Made by a program: the position numbers and the translations under genes. A stretch of 64,000 bases of DNA from an uncultured Gemmatimonadales bacterium (GTDB taxonomy: Bacteria; Gemmatimonadota; Gemmatimonadetes; Longimicrobiales; RSA9). This document shows, in pieces, positions 40,937 through 50,650 of the stretch. The DNA is taken from positions 1,344,001 to 1,408,000 of the forward strand of contig OY970192.1 of assembly GCA_963708135.1 (NCBI GenBank). Reading direction: 5' to 3'. The notes beneath the pieces are model-generated. The model worked only from the letters and a program-made list of their open reading frames with translations. It was not told where the DNA came from and made no database searches. The stretch's first letter is position 1. Each line of letters opens with the position of its first letter.

Positions 40937-43900
40937 ATGCGCGCCCCGCCGTTCGTACCCTCGGTTCACGGATTCCCGTTCGCCAACGAGTTCACGGTGG
41001 CGGGCGGGCTGTTCGGCCTGTCCTCTCCGCTGGCGCCGTCGTTCGGGCTGGCGGCGGGCATGTGCTGGGCGGCGCTGGATCGGTACGTCTCGGGGCGTCG
41101 CATTCCGCGTGACCTGACGCGTCCCGACGCCGGCGATGCGCTATACCTCGAGTTCGTGCAGCGGCAGACCAACGCGCTCTCCGGCCTCGGCTGGGACGTG
41201 CTCCGCCGCGTCCAGCAGGAGCCCGAGGTTGGCATCGTGCGCTCTCTCGCCGCGCGCTCCCGCCGCTCCTGGCGCTCCATCCGGCGCGAGATCGACTCCG
41301 GCCGCCCCGCGCTCCTGCTCGCCCTGCGTGCGGACGGGGTCTTCGGGGATCCGTCCACGAGCGCGCCGGTCCTCGCGCACTCCTATTCCATAGACCGGCG
41401 TATCGGCCGCGCCTCGCTCTCCGTCTATGACCCCAACCGGCCGGGGAGCGACTCGGTGCGGCTCACCTTCCGGCTCGGCGGCCCGCGCACCCCTCTCGGC
41501 GCCACGCTGGCGGCGGAGCCCGTGCGCGGCTTCCTCCACGTGCCCTACGATCGCGGAGTGCCGGCGTGGCTCACGTGGGAGGCGGCAGGCGACGTCGCGC
41601 GCAGCGGTCCGGCGCCCGTCGGCGCACCCATCGCCGCATGGGACCGGCGCGGGACGCTCCACGTCCTGGATCGGACGGAGGGGCCGGAGCTCGTCACCGT
41701 CCGGCGCGACCGACGCGGCCGCTGGACGGCCGCACGGCTGCCCCTGGCGGGCGCCTCGCCGGAGGGGGAGGAGCGCCTCGACGATCTCGCGGTGATCGAA
41801 GGGCCGCGGGCCATCGGCCGCACCGCGGCGGGGGACCTCGTCGAGCTGTACCGGTCTCCGCTCGGGCGCTGGCGCGCCCGCAACGTGACGCAGCGCCGCG
41901 GCATCGGAGACGGGTTCCGGGTTCAGACGGCGCCCTGCCTGCTGCGTGCGCCGCGGGGGCGCCTGGACGCCTTCGCCTGCCGCGAGGGACACCTGATCCA
42001 CTACGAGCGTCGCCCGGGAGGGCAGTGGCGGGCGCAGAACGTGACGGCGCGCCTGGGCCTTTCCGCCAGCCACGAGCTGTCGGGCGTTCCCGTGGCGATC
42101 CGTACGGGCGAGGGGACGCAGCACGTTCTCGGCCGCAGCGGCCAGGGCGACCTGATCCACTTCCGACGCGGCCGGGACGGGCGCTGGGGCGCGAGGAACG
42201 TGACCGCGGGACTCCCGGGCGCGGCCCGCATCCGCCTCGCTGGCGACCCCGCCGCCGTCGCCTGGCCCGACGGCAAAGAGCTCACCGTCTTCGCCGTGGA
42301 TGGGTCGGGCGGCGTGGCGCACCTCCGCTGGACGCCGCGCGCGGGCTGGCGGGCTCGCTCGCTCCTTCCCGATGCTGCGGCCGCCGAGGTCGCCTTCCCG
42401 TCGGAGGGTCCGCTGCAGCCGGTCGCGGGCGAGGACGGAACGCTCCACCTGTTCGCCAGAGCGGCCGATGGCCGGCTCATGCACGCGTGGGCGGCCCGTT
42501 CGCAGGCCTGGCGCCTCAATGTGCTCACCGGAACGCGCCCGACCACGCCGGCCGATCTCGGCCTCGAGCAGGGACCGTGCGCCGTGCGCGGGACCGGCGG
42601 CGAGTTGCGCGTCTTCGGACGCCTTGCCGGAGACCTCGTGCTCTACCGCTGGCACCCCGGCGCCGACTGGGTGGCGGAGAGCTTCGCGCGGGAGCGCTGG
42701 ACGGAGGCGGGCGGCGGCATTGCGGGTCCGGTCGTCCGCGTGGAGGGCCGTGCCGGCGGCATCGTCGCCTGTGACCTGCGCGGCGGCCCGATCCTGGTGC
42801 GCGCGACCCCGCTCGGCGCCGGCCGCACGCTCCTCCTCGGCACTTTGGCGGCGGTGCGGGCCGGCGGCGGCCTGCTGCTCGACTGGGCCGCGGCGCCCGC
42901 CCGGCTGGCCTCGCGGGTCGCGGATCTGCGCCGGGCCGAGCCGGCCGCGGAGGACGCGACCGGCCCCGCCGCCTCGGCAGTCATCGAAGCTCCGGAGATC
43001 CGCGAGCCGGCCCCGGAGGAGGGCCTCCTCCCCGGCGGCTGGACCGGCGAGTCGCGCGAGGTTCGGGAGCTGCGCCGCGAGCGCCGTCGGCTGGAGAGCG
43101 AGCGGGAGGAGCTGAGCGCCGACCGCGAGGCCCTCGTCGCGGACCGCGAGGAGCTCGGCTCGGAGCGGGAGCAGCTCACGTCCGACCGGGAGAGCGTTTC
43201 GGCGGAGCGAGACCGGGTGGCCGGGGAGCGCGAGCTCCTTGGCCTGGAGGAGGAGCGGCTCACCACAGATCGGCAGCAGCTGGCGGCGGAGCGCGACGAC
43301 CTGGCCGCCGAGCGGGCGCAGGCCGCGGCGGAGCGCGAGCGGCTCGACGCCGACCGGCATCGCATGGCGGTGGAGCGGGAAGAGCTCGCGGCGGAGCGCG
43401 ACGGTGTTAGGGCCGAGCGGGACGGTGTTACGGCGGAGCGGGATGCGTTCGCGGCGGAGCGGAATGCGCTCGCGGCGGAACGGGAGCGGCTCTCGGCGGA
43501 GGCCGAACGGCTGAGGGCGGAGCGGGAGCAGGTCGAGCGCGAGCGCGTGGAGCTGGCGGGCGACCGCGACCTGCTGGCCGGGAAGCGAGAAGGCATTGCG
43601 CCGGAGGCGGGCCGGGGGACCTCGGACTGGGAGCGCCCCGAGTACGACGAAGGAGCGATCGCGGAGCTCGAGGCGGAGCGGCAGCGGCTCACGGACGAGC
43701 TCGCGGGCGCCCGGCAGGCACGCGAGGAGATCGATCGCCGCCTGGCCGCCGCCGCGGCGGACGCGGACGCGCTGGCGCGCGAGAGAGCGGCGGTGGCCGA
43801 GGAGCGCGACCGGCTGCTGGACGAGGCCACGGCGGCCGCGGACGAGCGCGACCGCTTCGATGCCGAGCGCCGGCGCTTCGAGGCGGAGCGGGACCGGCTC

Positions 43901-45109
43901 GAGGCTGTGCGTGGGCGCCTGCAGGGCGACCGCGACGAGATCACCCGCGAGGAGGCGAGGACGGACGCGGCCCGCGAAGCCCTGGAGGCCGAACGGGATG
44001 GGCTCGCGAGCCAGGCCGCGGCGCTCGTCGAGGAGAAGAAGGCGCTTGCCGCCGAGCGGGAGGCGGAGGCGGTACGCCAGAAGGCGGCCAGGGAGGCGCT
44101 CGAGGCCGAGCGCGAGCAGCTCGCGACCTGGCGGAGCGCCCTGGAGGCGGAGATGGAGGAGGCGGCAGAGCGTCGCGCGGCGCTCGAGAAGGAGAGCGGC
44201 AAGCTGGCGGCCATGGCTGCGGAGCGCACGAGCCTGGGGGCGGAGCGCCCACCCGCCGGCGACGATCAGTCCCGGCTTCATGCGGCCCGCGACGCGCTGG
44301 AGGCGGAGCGCGAGCAGCTCGCGACCTGGCGTCGCGCGCTCGAGGGCGGGATGGAGGAGGCCGCGAAGCGGCGGGCCGGCCTGGACGAGGAGCGCGCCGC
44401 GCTGGAGCAGGAGCGCGCCGCGCTGGAGGAGAGCCGGGCGGCCGTGGAGGCGGAGCGCGGCGCCATCGAGGATGCCCGCAGCACGCTCGAGGAGCAGCGC
44501 AGGGCGCTGGAGGAGGAGCGGTCGCAGCCGAAGGCGCCCCCGGCGACGCCTCCCGCGCCCGTCGCCCTGGCGGAGGAGTCAGCGGCCGGGGACGAAACGG
44601 CCGAGGCCGCGGCCGAACGGATCGCGAGCGAGCTGGAGGAGGCCGCCGCGGTCGGCGAGGCCCGGCGCGCCGCCCGGGAGCAGGACAACGGGCGGTCGAA
44701 GAAGCAGGAGCGGAAGAAGGCCGGGAGGTCGCGTCGCGACATCGCCGCGCACGCGAACGGCAAGCCGGAAGCGAACGGTAAGGTGGACTCCGGGCCGGCG
44801 GCAGCGCCCGCGAGCGGCTTTCCGGCCCGGGGTGCTACGCCCGCCCGGCATCGGAGCCCGGCGCTGGACGGCCTCCCGCTCTTCGATCCGGACGAGCCGA
44901 TCACGCCGCACGAGCCGCCCGAGGCCGGGGCGCAGCCCGGAGAGGCGGCGGCGCAGGCGGCGCCGGCCCCGCAGCAGAGCGAGGTGCAGAAGCGGCACAA
45001 GGAGAGCCGGGCGCTCAAGCGGATCCTCGCGCTCTCCGACCGCTACAGCCCGAAGATCTTCTCGCCCGGCGAGGACCCTGCGCAGGAGGAAGGAGACCGG
45101 GCCGGCTGA
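40937..45109 (+). CDS. Large multidomain hypothetical protein (papain-like N-terminal domain, beta-propeller repeats, coiled coil)
   Basis: 1390-aa ORF with GGAG RBS. HGF.F.N.F...GM..AALD...YDPN.P, then repeated H.FGR...G.L.H...W...N.T, then AER heptads. Confidence 0.75.
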   Translation: MRAPPFVPSVHGFPFANEFTVAGGLFGLSSPLAPSFGLAAGMCWAALDRYVSGRRIPRDLTRPDAGDALYLEFVQRQTNALSGLGWDVLRRVQQEPEVGIVRSLAARSRRSWRSIRREIDSGRPALLLALRADGVFGDPSTSAPVLAHSYSIDRRIGRASLSVYDPNRPGSDSVRLTFRLGGPRTPLGATLAAEPVRGFLHVPYDRGVPAWLTWEAAGDVARSGPAPVGAPIAAWDRRGTLHVLDRTEGPELVTVRRDRRGRWTAARLPLAGASPEGEERLDDLAVIEGPRAIGRTAAGDLVELYRSPLGRWRARNVTQRRGIGDGFRVQTAPCLLRAPRGRLDAFACREGHLIHYERRPGGQWRAQNVTARLGLSASHELSGVPVAIRTGEGTQHVLGRSGQGDLIHFRRGRDGRWGARNVTAGLPGAARIRLAGDPAAVAWPDGKELTVFAVDGSGGVAHLRWTPRAGWRARSLLPDAAAAEVAFPSEGPLQPVAGEDGTLHLFARAADGRLMHAWAARSQAWRLNVLTGTRPTTPADLGLEQGPCAVRGTGGELRVFGRLAGDLVLYRWHPGADWVAESFARERWTEAGGGIAGPVVRVEGRAGGIVACDLRGGPILVRATPLGAGRTLLLGTLAAVRAGGGLLLDWAAAPARLASRVADLRRAEPAAEDATGPAASAVIEAPEIREPAPEEGLLPGGWTGESREVRELRRERRRLESEREELSADREALVADREELGSEREQLTSDRESVSAERDRVAGERELLGLEEERLTTDRQQLAAERDDLAAERAQAAAERERLDADRHRMAVEREELAAERDGVRAERDGVTAERDAFAAERNALAAERERLSAEAERLRAEREQVERERVELAGDRDLLAGKREGIAPEAGRGTSDWERPEYDEGAIAELEAERQRLTDELAGARQAREEIDRRLAAAAADADALARERAAVAEERDRLLDEATAAADERDRFDAERRRFEAERDRLEAVRGRLQGDRDEITREEARTDAAREALEAERDGLASQAAALVEEKKALAAEREAEAVRQKAAREALEAEREQLATWRSALEAEMEEAAERRAALEKESGKLAAMAAERTSLGAERPPAGDDQSRLHAARDALEAEREQLATWRRALEGGMEEAAKRRAGLDEERAALEQERAALEESRAAVEAERGAIEDARSTLEEQRRALEEERSQPKAPPATPPAPVALAEESAAGDETAEAAAERIASELEEAAAVGEARRAAREQDNGRSKKQERKKAGRSRRDIAAHANGKPEANGKVDSGPAAAPASGFPARGATPARHRSPALDGLPLFDPDEPITPHEPPEAGAQPGEAAAQAAPAPQQSEVQKRHKESRALKRILALSDRYSPKIFSPGEDPAQEEGDRAG
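43080..43560 (+). repeat. Degenerate 21-bp tandem repeats encoding (A)ER-x-x-L/V heptads
   Basis: For example AERDGVR-AERDGVT-AERDAFA-AERNALA-AERERLS. Confidence 0.75.
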
Positions 45110-45135
45110 GCGGAGGAACCGCCGGTGGGGGCTAG

Positions 45136-46401
45136 CTAGGTGGTGCCCGGCTCCGGCCCGGCGCCGGGCCGCCACATGCCCTTGGCGACCGCGGGCACGA
45201 ACGCGTCCAGCCCCGGGGGCGGGAACTGGAGTGTGCGTCCCTCCTCCGCGCTGCGGTACGCGGCCATGAGCAGTTGCACGACCTCGAGCCCGTCCTCGAA
45301 CGTCAGGCGGGGGGGCTCCTTGCCCAGGAAGGCCCGCACGAAGTGGCGGTCCTCCGCGGCATACCCGTAGGCGGCGGCTTCATCGGCCACCACCGGCATG
45401 AGCCCCGTCTCGGCGTTCTGCTTCTCGACCAGGTCCTCCCCCGCATCCCCCGCCACCCTTCGCGAGAAGAAGAGCCGCAGCCCGGTGTCCAGGCTGCTCC
45501 AGGCCATCGAGTACTCCGGGCCGAGGCATTCGGCGGAGAGTCGCAGGCCGGGGCCGACGAAGCTCCACGAGGTCGTCGCCTCGCCGAGCACCCGGTGCCC
45601 ATCCTCGGTCTCGAACTCGACGGTGATGCTGGCGAAGTCCTCCGCCGGCGCGTGCCCGTAGTCCACGGCCGCGCCCATCATCTCGGAGAGCCGCCCCACG
45701 TACTCGGGGCGGGTCCACTTGAGGCTGGCGATGTGTCCGGTCACGCGGACCGGGCGGACGCTCGAGAGCGGCCGATCGGGGCTGGTGAGGAGGTGCCGGA
45801 TGACGAGCGCGGAGTGGCACATCATGTCGTTCAGCACGCCGCCACCCTGCAGGCTGCCCTGCCAGAACCACGGCTTGTGCGGGCCGCTGTGCTCCTCCGC
45901 CGCTCGCGCGAGGTACGGGCGCCCGGTGGTGGCGGCGCCGCGTCGCCAGAGGAGCGTCCGTCCGCGCTCGATGGCCGGCGCGAAGACCTGGTTCTCCAGG
46001 TAGCCGGTGACCAGCCCCGCGCCGCGCGCGAGCTCGACGACCCGGCGCGCCTCCGCGACGTTGCGCGCGAGCGGCTTCTCGCACGCGAGCCCCTTCAGCG
46101 CGCCGCGCCCGCTCTCCAGCGCCCGCACGATCTCCTCCACGTTGCCGACCCGGGAGTGGTTCGGACCACACAGCCAGATCGCGTCGATCGCGGGATCCTC
46201 GACCATCTCCGTGATCGAGCCGTAGGCGCGCCCGCTCCCGATGTCCAGCCGCCGGGCCTCCTCGGCCGCGGACGCGGCGTTCTCGGCGTTCGGGCTCCAC
46301 ACGCCGCGCACGTCCGCGTCGCGCACGGAGCGCCACGCCTCCATGTGGAAGCGCGCGTTGAAGCCGCTGCCAATGAAGCCGACGCCCAGCCGCTCACCCA
46401 T
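45136..46401 (-). CDS. Gfo/Idh/MocA family oxidoreductase
   Basis: GFIGSGF Rossmann motif, CEKP, GGGVLND..CH. Confidence 0.88.
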   Translation of the reverse strand: MGERLGVGFIGSGFNARFHMEAWRSVRDADVRGVWSPNAENAASAAEEARRLDIGSGRAYGSITEMVEDPAIDAIWLCGPNHSRVGNVEEIVRALESGRGALKGLACEKPLARNVAEARRVVELARGAGLVTGYLENQVFAPAIERGRTLLWRRGAATTGRPYLARAAEEHSGPHKPWFWQGSLQGGGVLNDMMCHSALVIRHLLTSPDRPLSSVRPVRVTGHIASLKWTRPEYVGRLSEMMGAAVDYGHAPAEDFASITVEFETEDGHRVLGEATTSWSFVGPGLRLSAECLGPEYSMAWSSLDTGLRLFFSRRVAGDAGEDLVEKQNAETGLMPVVADEAAAYGYAAEDRHFVRAFLGKEPPRLTFEDGLEVVQLLMAAYRSAEEGRTLQFPPPGLDAFVPAVAKGMWRPGAGPEPGTT

Positions 46402-47017
46402 CGCCGATCTCCTCGTAATGCACGCCCAGCTTGCGCAGCGCGGGCTCCGGACAGCCCTTCCATTCCGGCACCACCTGGTTGCCCAGGAAGCGGATGTCCT
46501 CGATCCCGATCCGGCTCGTGTAGAAGCCGGTCGCCGTCAGGTCCCGGAAGCGGTTGAAGAACGCCACGCCCTGGCTCATCTCCGGGCGCGCCCGCTCCGG
46601 CCAGGCAATGTCATCCAGGATCGCGGTCCGCTGCGCCTGCTTCGCCCCCGCGAACGACTGCCCGAAGCGACGCCGGCTCTCCTCGTCTAGCCAGCGCAGC
46701 CCGCCGCGCATCGGCGTCTGGAGCTCCGGCCGGTCCACGAGCGTGAAGTCCATGAACTCCGGCACCCCCGCGTCCGTGGCGCTGCCCGAGCGCTCGTCGC
46801 GCGGGATCACCAGATCCGCGAGCAACCGCACCGTGCGCCATTCGTGTGGCGAGAAGAAGCGGGGCGCGAACGCGACCCCCGTCTTCTCCTGCTCCACCAC
46901 CGCCCGCTGCGCCGCTTCCGCGGCGCGGCCGAGCACGGTCGGCCGGCCGTCCAGCGCCGTCGTGAGCGGGACGGCGGCCATGAGGGCGAGCATCTGACGC
47001 CGGTTGATGTCGCTCAC
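46394..47017 (-). CDS. Gluconate 2-dehydrogenase subunit 3 family protein with Tat signal
   Basis: INRRQML, L.D.VIP....GSA.DAGVPEF.D, T.TGFYTS..G. Confidence 0.88.
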   Translation of the reverse strand: MSDINRRQMLALMAAVPLTTALDGRPTVLGRAAEAAQRAVVEQEKTGVAFAPRFFSPHEWRTVRLLADLVIPRDERSGSATDAGVPEFMDFTLVDRPELQTPMRGGLRWLDEESRRRFGQSFAGAKQAQRTAILDDIAWPERARPEMSQGVAFFNRFRDLTATGFYTSRIGIEDIRFLGNQVVPEWKGCPEPALRKLGVHYEEIGDG

Positions 47018-48708
47018 AGCTCCCCCTTCTTCATCAGGTCCGCGATGATGCCGGATGTGCGCGCGGACAGCGCGAGGATCGTCCAGGTCGGGTTCTTGTC
47101 CGCCTGCGAGACGAACGGAGCGCCATCCGCCACGAACAGGTTCTTCACGTCGTGCGCCTGGCAGCGCGCGTTGAGCACCGAGCGCTTCGGGTCGGTCCCC
47201 ATCCGGGTCCCGCCCACCTCGTGGATGATCGTGCCGCCGGGCGCGATGCCGTAGCCCTCCTCCTTCGTCGGCATCGGCTGCCGCACCACCCCGCCCATGT
47301 CGTCCATCAGCGCGCGGAAGGTCTCCTGCATGTGCTTCACCTGCTGATACTCGTGCTCCGTGAACTCCCAGTGGAAGCGAAGCACGGGGATTCCGTAGCG
47401 ATCCACGACCTCCGGATCGACCTCGCAGTAGGAGCCCTCGTTCGGGATCATCTCGCCCCGCCCCGAGAAGCCGACGTGCGCGCCGTAGTAGCGCCGGTAG
47501 TCCTGCTTCAGCGCCTTGCCGTAGCCACCCCCGGATGGATAGTGCTGGATCCCCCCCATGAAGCCGTAGGACGGCATTCCCATCCCGCCCCAGATCTCGA
47601 TGTGGTAGCCGCGCGGGAAATCCAGCTTACGGTTGTCCAGCCACCACGGCATGTAGAGGTGCATGCCGCCGACGCCGTCCTCGTTGTGCGCCACCGGGTC
47701 CACCATGCGTGGGATGAAGCCGGACACGTCCGTGCCCAGCGTGTCCGTGAGCGAGCGCCCGACCTGGCCGCTCGAGTTGGCCAGCCCGTGCGGAAACAGC
47801 GAGGAGCGCGAGTTCAGGAGCAGCCGGCTCGTCTCGCACGCGCTCGCCGCCAGCACGACAATGTGCGCGCGCACGTGCTCGTCCGCACCCGTCTTCTTGT
47901 CGATGTAGGAGACCCCGGTCGCGAGACCCTGCGGGTTCGTGGTCACCTCCCGCGCCATCGCGTTCGTGATCAGCGTCAGGTGCCCCGTCCCGAGCGCGGG
48001 CTGGATCAGGACCGGGGGGCTGGAGAAGTTGGAGTTCGTGCCGCACCCCCGGCCACATTCGCCGCAGTAGTGGCACGCAGGCCGGTCGTGGATCGAGCGC
48101 GTTATGATCGAGAGACGGGAGGGGATGCACGTCACGCCCAGCCGGTCCGCCGACTCCTTGATCATGAGCTCGTAGCAGCGCGGCCGCGGCGGCGGCAGGA
48201 AGATGCCGTCCGGATCGTTCGGGAGCCCCTCCCTGCTCCCGAACACGCCGATCAGGCGGTCCACCGCGTCGTAGTGCGGCTTCAGGTCCTCGTAGCCGAT
48301 CGGCCAGTTCTCGCTCAGCCCGTCCAGGTCGCCTCGCCGGAAGTCGTCCGGCCCGAAGCGCAGCGAGATCCGGCCCCAGTGGTTCGTGCGCCCGCCCAGC
48401 ATTCGCGCGCGCCACCAGTTGAACTCCGTGCCCGGCGCCGTGGTGTACGGCTCGCCATCGATGTGCCACCCCCCAATGCAGCCGTCGAACTCGCCGAACG
48501 GCTTCTCCCTCGTGGATGCGCCGCGTCGCGCAGACTCGTAGGGCCACTTCAGCATGGCGCTGTCCCGGGTCGAGTACCATTCCGGCCCGGCTTCCAGGAG
48601 GACGACGTTCGCGCCCGCACGGGTGAGCTGGTAGGCGGCCATGCCGCCTCCCGCGCCCGAGCCGACGATGCAGACGTCGTAGAGCCTGCGTCGCGACACT
48701 TGCATCAT
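47014..48708 (-). CDS. GMC-family FAD oxidoreductase
   Basis: VGSGAGG, GGRTNHWG, C.YCG.C..GC, IHEVGG.RMG, NPTWTI.AL. Confidence 0.92.
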   Translation of the reverse strand: MMQVSRRRLYDVCIVGSGAGGGMAAYQLTRAGANVVLLEAGPEWYSTRDSAMLKWPYESARRGASTREKPFGEFDGCIGGWHIDGEPYTTAPGTEFNWWRARMLGGRTNHWGRISLRFGPDDFRRGDLDGLSENWPIGYEDLKPHYDAVDRLIGVFGSREGLPNDPDGIFLPPPRPRCYELMIKESADRLGVTCIPSRLSIITRSIHDRPACHYCGECGRGCGTNSNFSSPPVLIQPALGTGHLTLITNAMAREVTTNPQGLATGVSYIDKKTGADEHVRAHIVVLAASACETSRLLLNSRSSLFPHGLANSSGQVGRSLTDTLGTDVSGFIPRMVDPVAHNEDGVGGMHLYMPWWLDNRKLDFPRGYHIEIWGGMGMPSYGFMGGIQHYPSGGGYGKALKQDYRRYYGAHVGFSGRGEMIPNEGSYCEVDPEVVDRYGIPVLRFHWEFTEHEYQQVKHMQETFRALMDDMGGVVRQPMPTKEEGYGIAPGGTIIHEVGGTRMGTDPKRSVLNARCQAHDVKNLFVADGAPFVSQADKNPTWTILALSARTSGIIADLMKKGEL

Positions 48709-48792
48709 GTTCTCCAGATGGGGTCCCTGCGTGGGGCTCTGATCCTGATGTAATCCGCGAGAGAAGGCGATGCAAGCCGGCGCCGTTGTGCC

Positions 48793-49779
48793 TCAGCCGT
48801 CCTCCGGATCGAGGAGATCCACCAGTGCCCGGCCATCGGTGCTCAGCTCGTAGTAGACCCGCCGTCCGAGCCGTGTGCGATCGACGAGGCCCGTGTCCTT
48901 CAGCCGGCCGAGCACCTGCGAGGCGCCTCCGGGCGTGCAGCCCAGGCGCGTCGCCACCTCCACGGTCGTGGCGGGGTTCCCGAGCTGCCGCAGCACCCGC
49001 GCGCGGGCACGGCCCACCAGCAGCGCCAGGCGGTCCCGCTCGGCTCCGCTCGCCGTCCGCCACGGCGCGCTCGCGTCGCGGGCCGGGAAGACCAGCGTCG
49101 GCCGGCCCGGGGCATCACAGAACACCTGCACGTCGGGCCAGGCGAACACCGAGGGTACCAGCAGCAGGCCATCGCCGAGCGTCAGGTACCGGTCCTCCGC
49201 CGCCTCGACCTCGATCGTCCGGCCGTCGTAGCGGATCGACGGGTGGAGTCGGCCGAGCAGCCCGCTCGCCCCATCCTCCGCCAGCTCACGCGATCGATGG
49301 AGCAACTCCGCCTCCAGGAGTCCCGCGAGCCGTGTCCACTCCGGCGCGAGCACGCGCGCCCAGTAGCTCTCGAGCAGGCGGACCAGATCCTGCACCGCAC
49401 GGGTCGGCTCGCGGAGGAAACGGTCCATCTCGGGCGGCCGCTCGAGCCCGCCGGCGTAGGCGCGCAGCGCCTCGCGGCGCGCGACCTCGGCCGGCGTGCG
49501 GCGGACCTCCTCGAGCTGCTGGTCGAAGCCGGGCGTCGCCCTGCCCGGAGGCGGCGCAACGAAGCGGGCGACGTAGCGCCCGTCCAGCGGCACGACCACC
49601 TGAAGCAGGGAGAAGTCCAGCCCGCGGGCGCGTCGTCTCGCCCGCCGCACCCAGGGCAGGTGCAGCGCGTGGCGCGCTGGATCGGCCAGCACCCGCGTGC
49701 TCGCGACGCATTCCCACAGCGGGCTGCAGGCGAGGCGCAGGTGAGCGGCGGCGCTCTCGGGCAGTCGCATGCGGATCAT
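48793..49779 (-). CDS. ArsR-family regulator with DUF5937-like N-terminal region
   Basis: SPLWECV.S, GLLLVPSVF.WP, C-terminal wHTH GLVDR.R.GR.VYY.L. Confidence 0.82.
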   Translation of the reverse strand: MIRMRLPESAAAHLRLACSPLWECVASTRVLADPARHALHLPWVRRARRRARGLDFSLLQVVVPLDGRYVARFVAPPPGRATPGFDQQLEEVRRTPAEVARREALRAYAGGLERPPEMDRFLREPTRAVQDLVRLLESYWARVLAPEWTRLAGLLEAELLHRSRELAEDGASGLLGRLHPSIRYDGRTIEVEAAEDRYLTLGDGLLLVPSVFAWPDVQVFCDAPGRPTLVFPARDASAPWRTASGAERDRLALLVGRARARVLRQLGNPATTVEVATRLGCTPGGASQVLGRLKDTGLVDRTRLGRRVYYELSTDGRALVDLLDPEDG

Positions 49780-49951
49780 GGTTTACATTTTCCTGAATCG
49801 TCGGGAGACGCGCAAGCCTCTCGCGCAGAACGGCTGTCGAGGGGACGCCGCCCGGCCTCGACGCACCCGGTGTGTGCCGGGTCCGTGTCCGTTACGCCAC
49901 GCCGGCCCGCACCGCCGCGCGCCGGAACCCCTGGCGAGGAGGGTTGATCGC

Positions 49952-50614
49952 GTGAGTCGTTGCCGAGCGTGCCTGCTTTCCGGCGTCCTGCTGGTCGCGC
50001 CCCTGCTCCTCTCTGCGTGCCATCACCGCGCGCCCCCAACGCACCCGGCGACCCGGCCGCCCACGACCGCCTCGCCCACTCCCGCGCGGCCCTCAGAGGC
50101 GCCGCCGGCGGCGGGGCCGCGCGTGGACGAGATCGCCCTGTGCGCGCTCGACCCGAGCTCTCCGCGGGGGCTGGGGCTCGTCCGTGCCGTGCACGTGCAG
50201 GGCACGGCCGACACGCTGGGGGTGGTGGATGGCCGGCGGGTTCCCTTGGAGGAGGCGTCCCGCGGCGGGACGTTGCGCGAGGCGGAGTGGTACAGGGCGC
50301 ACGAGCCGTTCGTGCTCGAGATGGGAACGGCGCGGCTCCGCTACGACATCTATGGGACGGGCCGGATCATCGACCCGACCGACCTCGCCTACCTCGGGGA
50401 GGCGGACGGTCTTCCGGTGTTCGCGGCGGCGAGCGAGGTCTCCGCCGTGGCCGGCCTGCTCCGACAGGCGCTCGCTCGCGACCCGCACCTGTCCGCCGTG
50501 CTGGCCTCGAGCCCCCGTATCCGGCAGGTCGTGGGCGGGCTGCAGGTACTTTACGTGCCGCTGCGGCGCACGCGGTGCGTGTTCCAGGGGCTTCTGCGCC
50601 GGAGCGGATCGTAG
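49952..50614 (+). CDS. Hypothetical lipoprotein
   Basis: GAGGAGG RBS, hydrophobic leader ending in an LSAC lipobox, Pro-rich linker, YVP....C.FQ tail. Confidence 0.65.
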   Translation: MSRCRACLLSGVLLVAPLLLSACHHRAPPTHPATRPPTTASPTPARPSEAPPAAGPRVDEIALCALDPSSPRGLGLVRAVHVQGTADTLGVVDGRRVPLEEASRGGTLREAEWYRAHEPFVLEMGTARLRYDIYGTGRIIDPTDLAYLGEADGLPVFAAASEVSAVAGLLRQALARDPHLSAVLASSPRIRQVVGGLQVLYVPLRRTRCVFQGLLRRSGS

Positions 50615-50650
50615 CTGGCGCGGGACGTCTCCGGGCGCTCGCTTGTCCAC

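Noticed and set aside
43080..43560. Periodic repeats as a possible CRISPR array
   Set aside because: They are degenerate in-frame 21-bp coding heptads with no unique spacers and no cas genes nearby.
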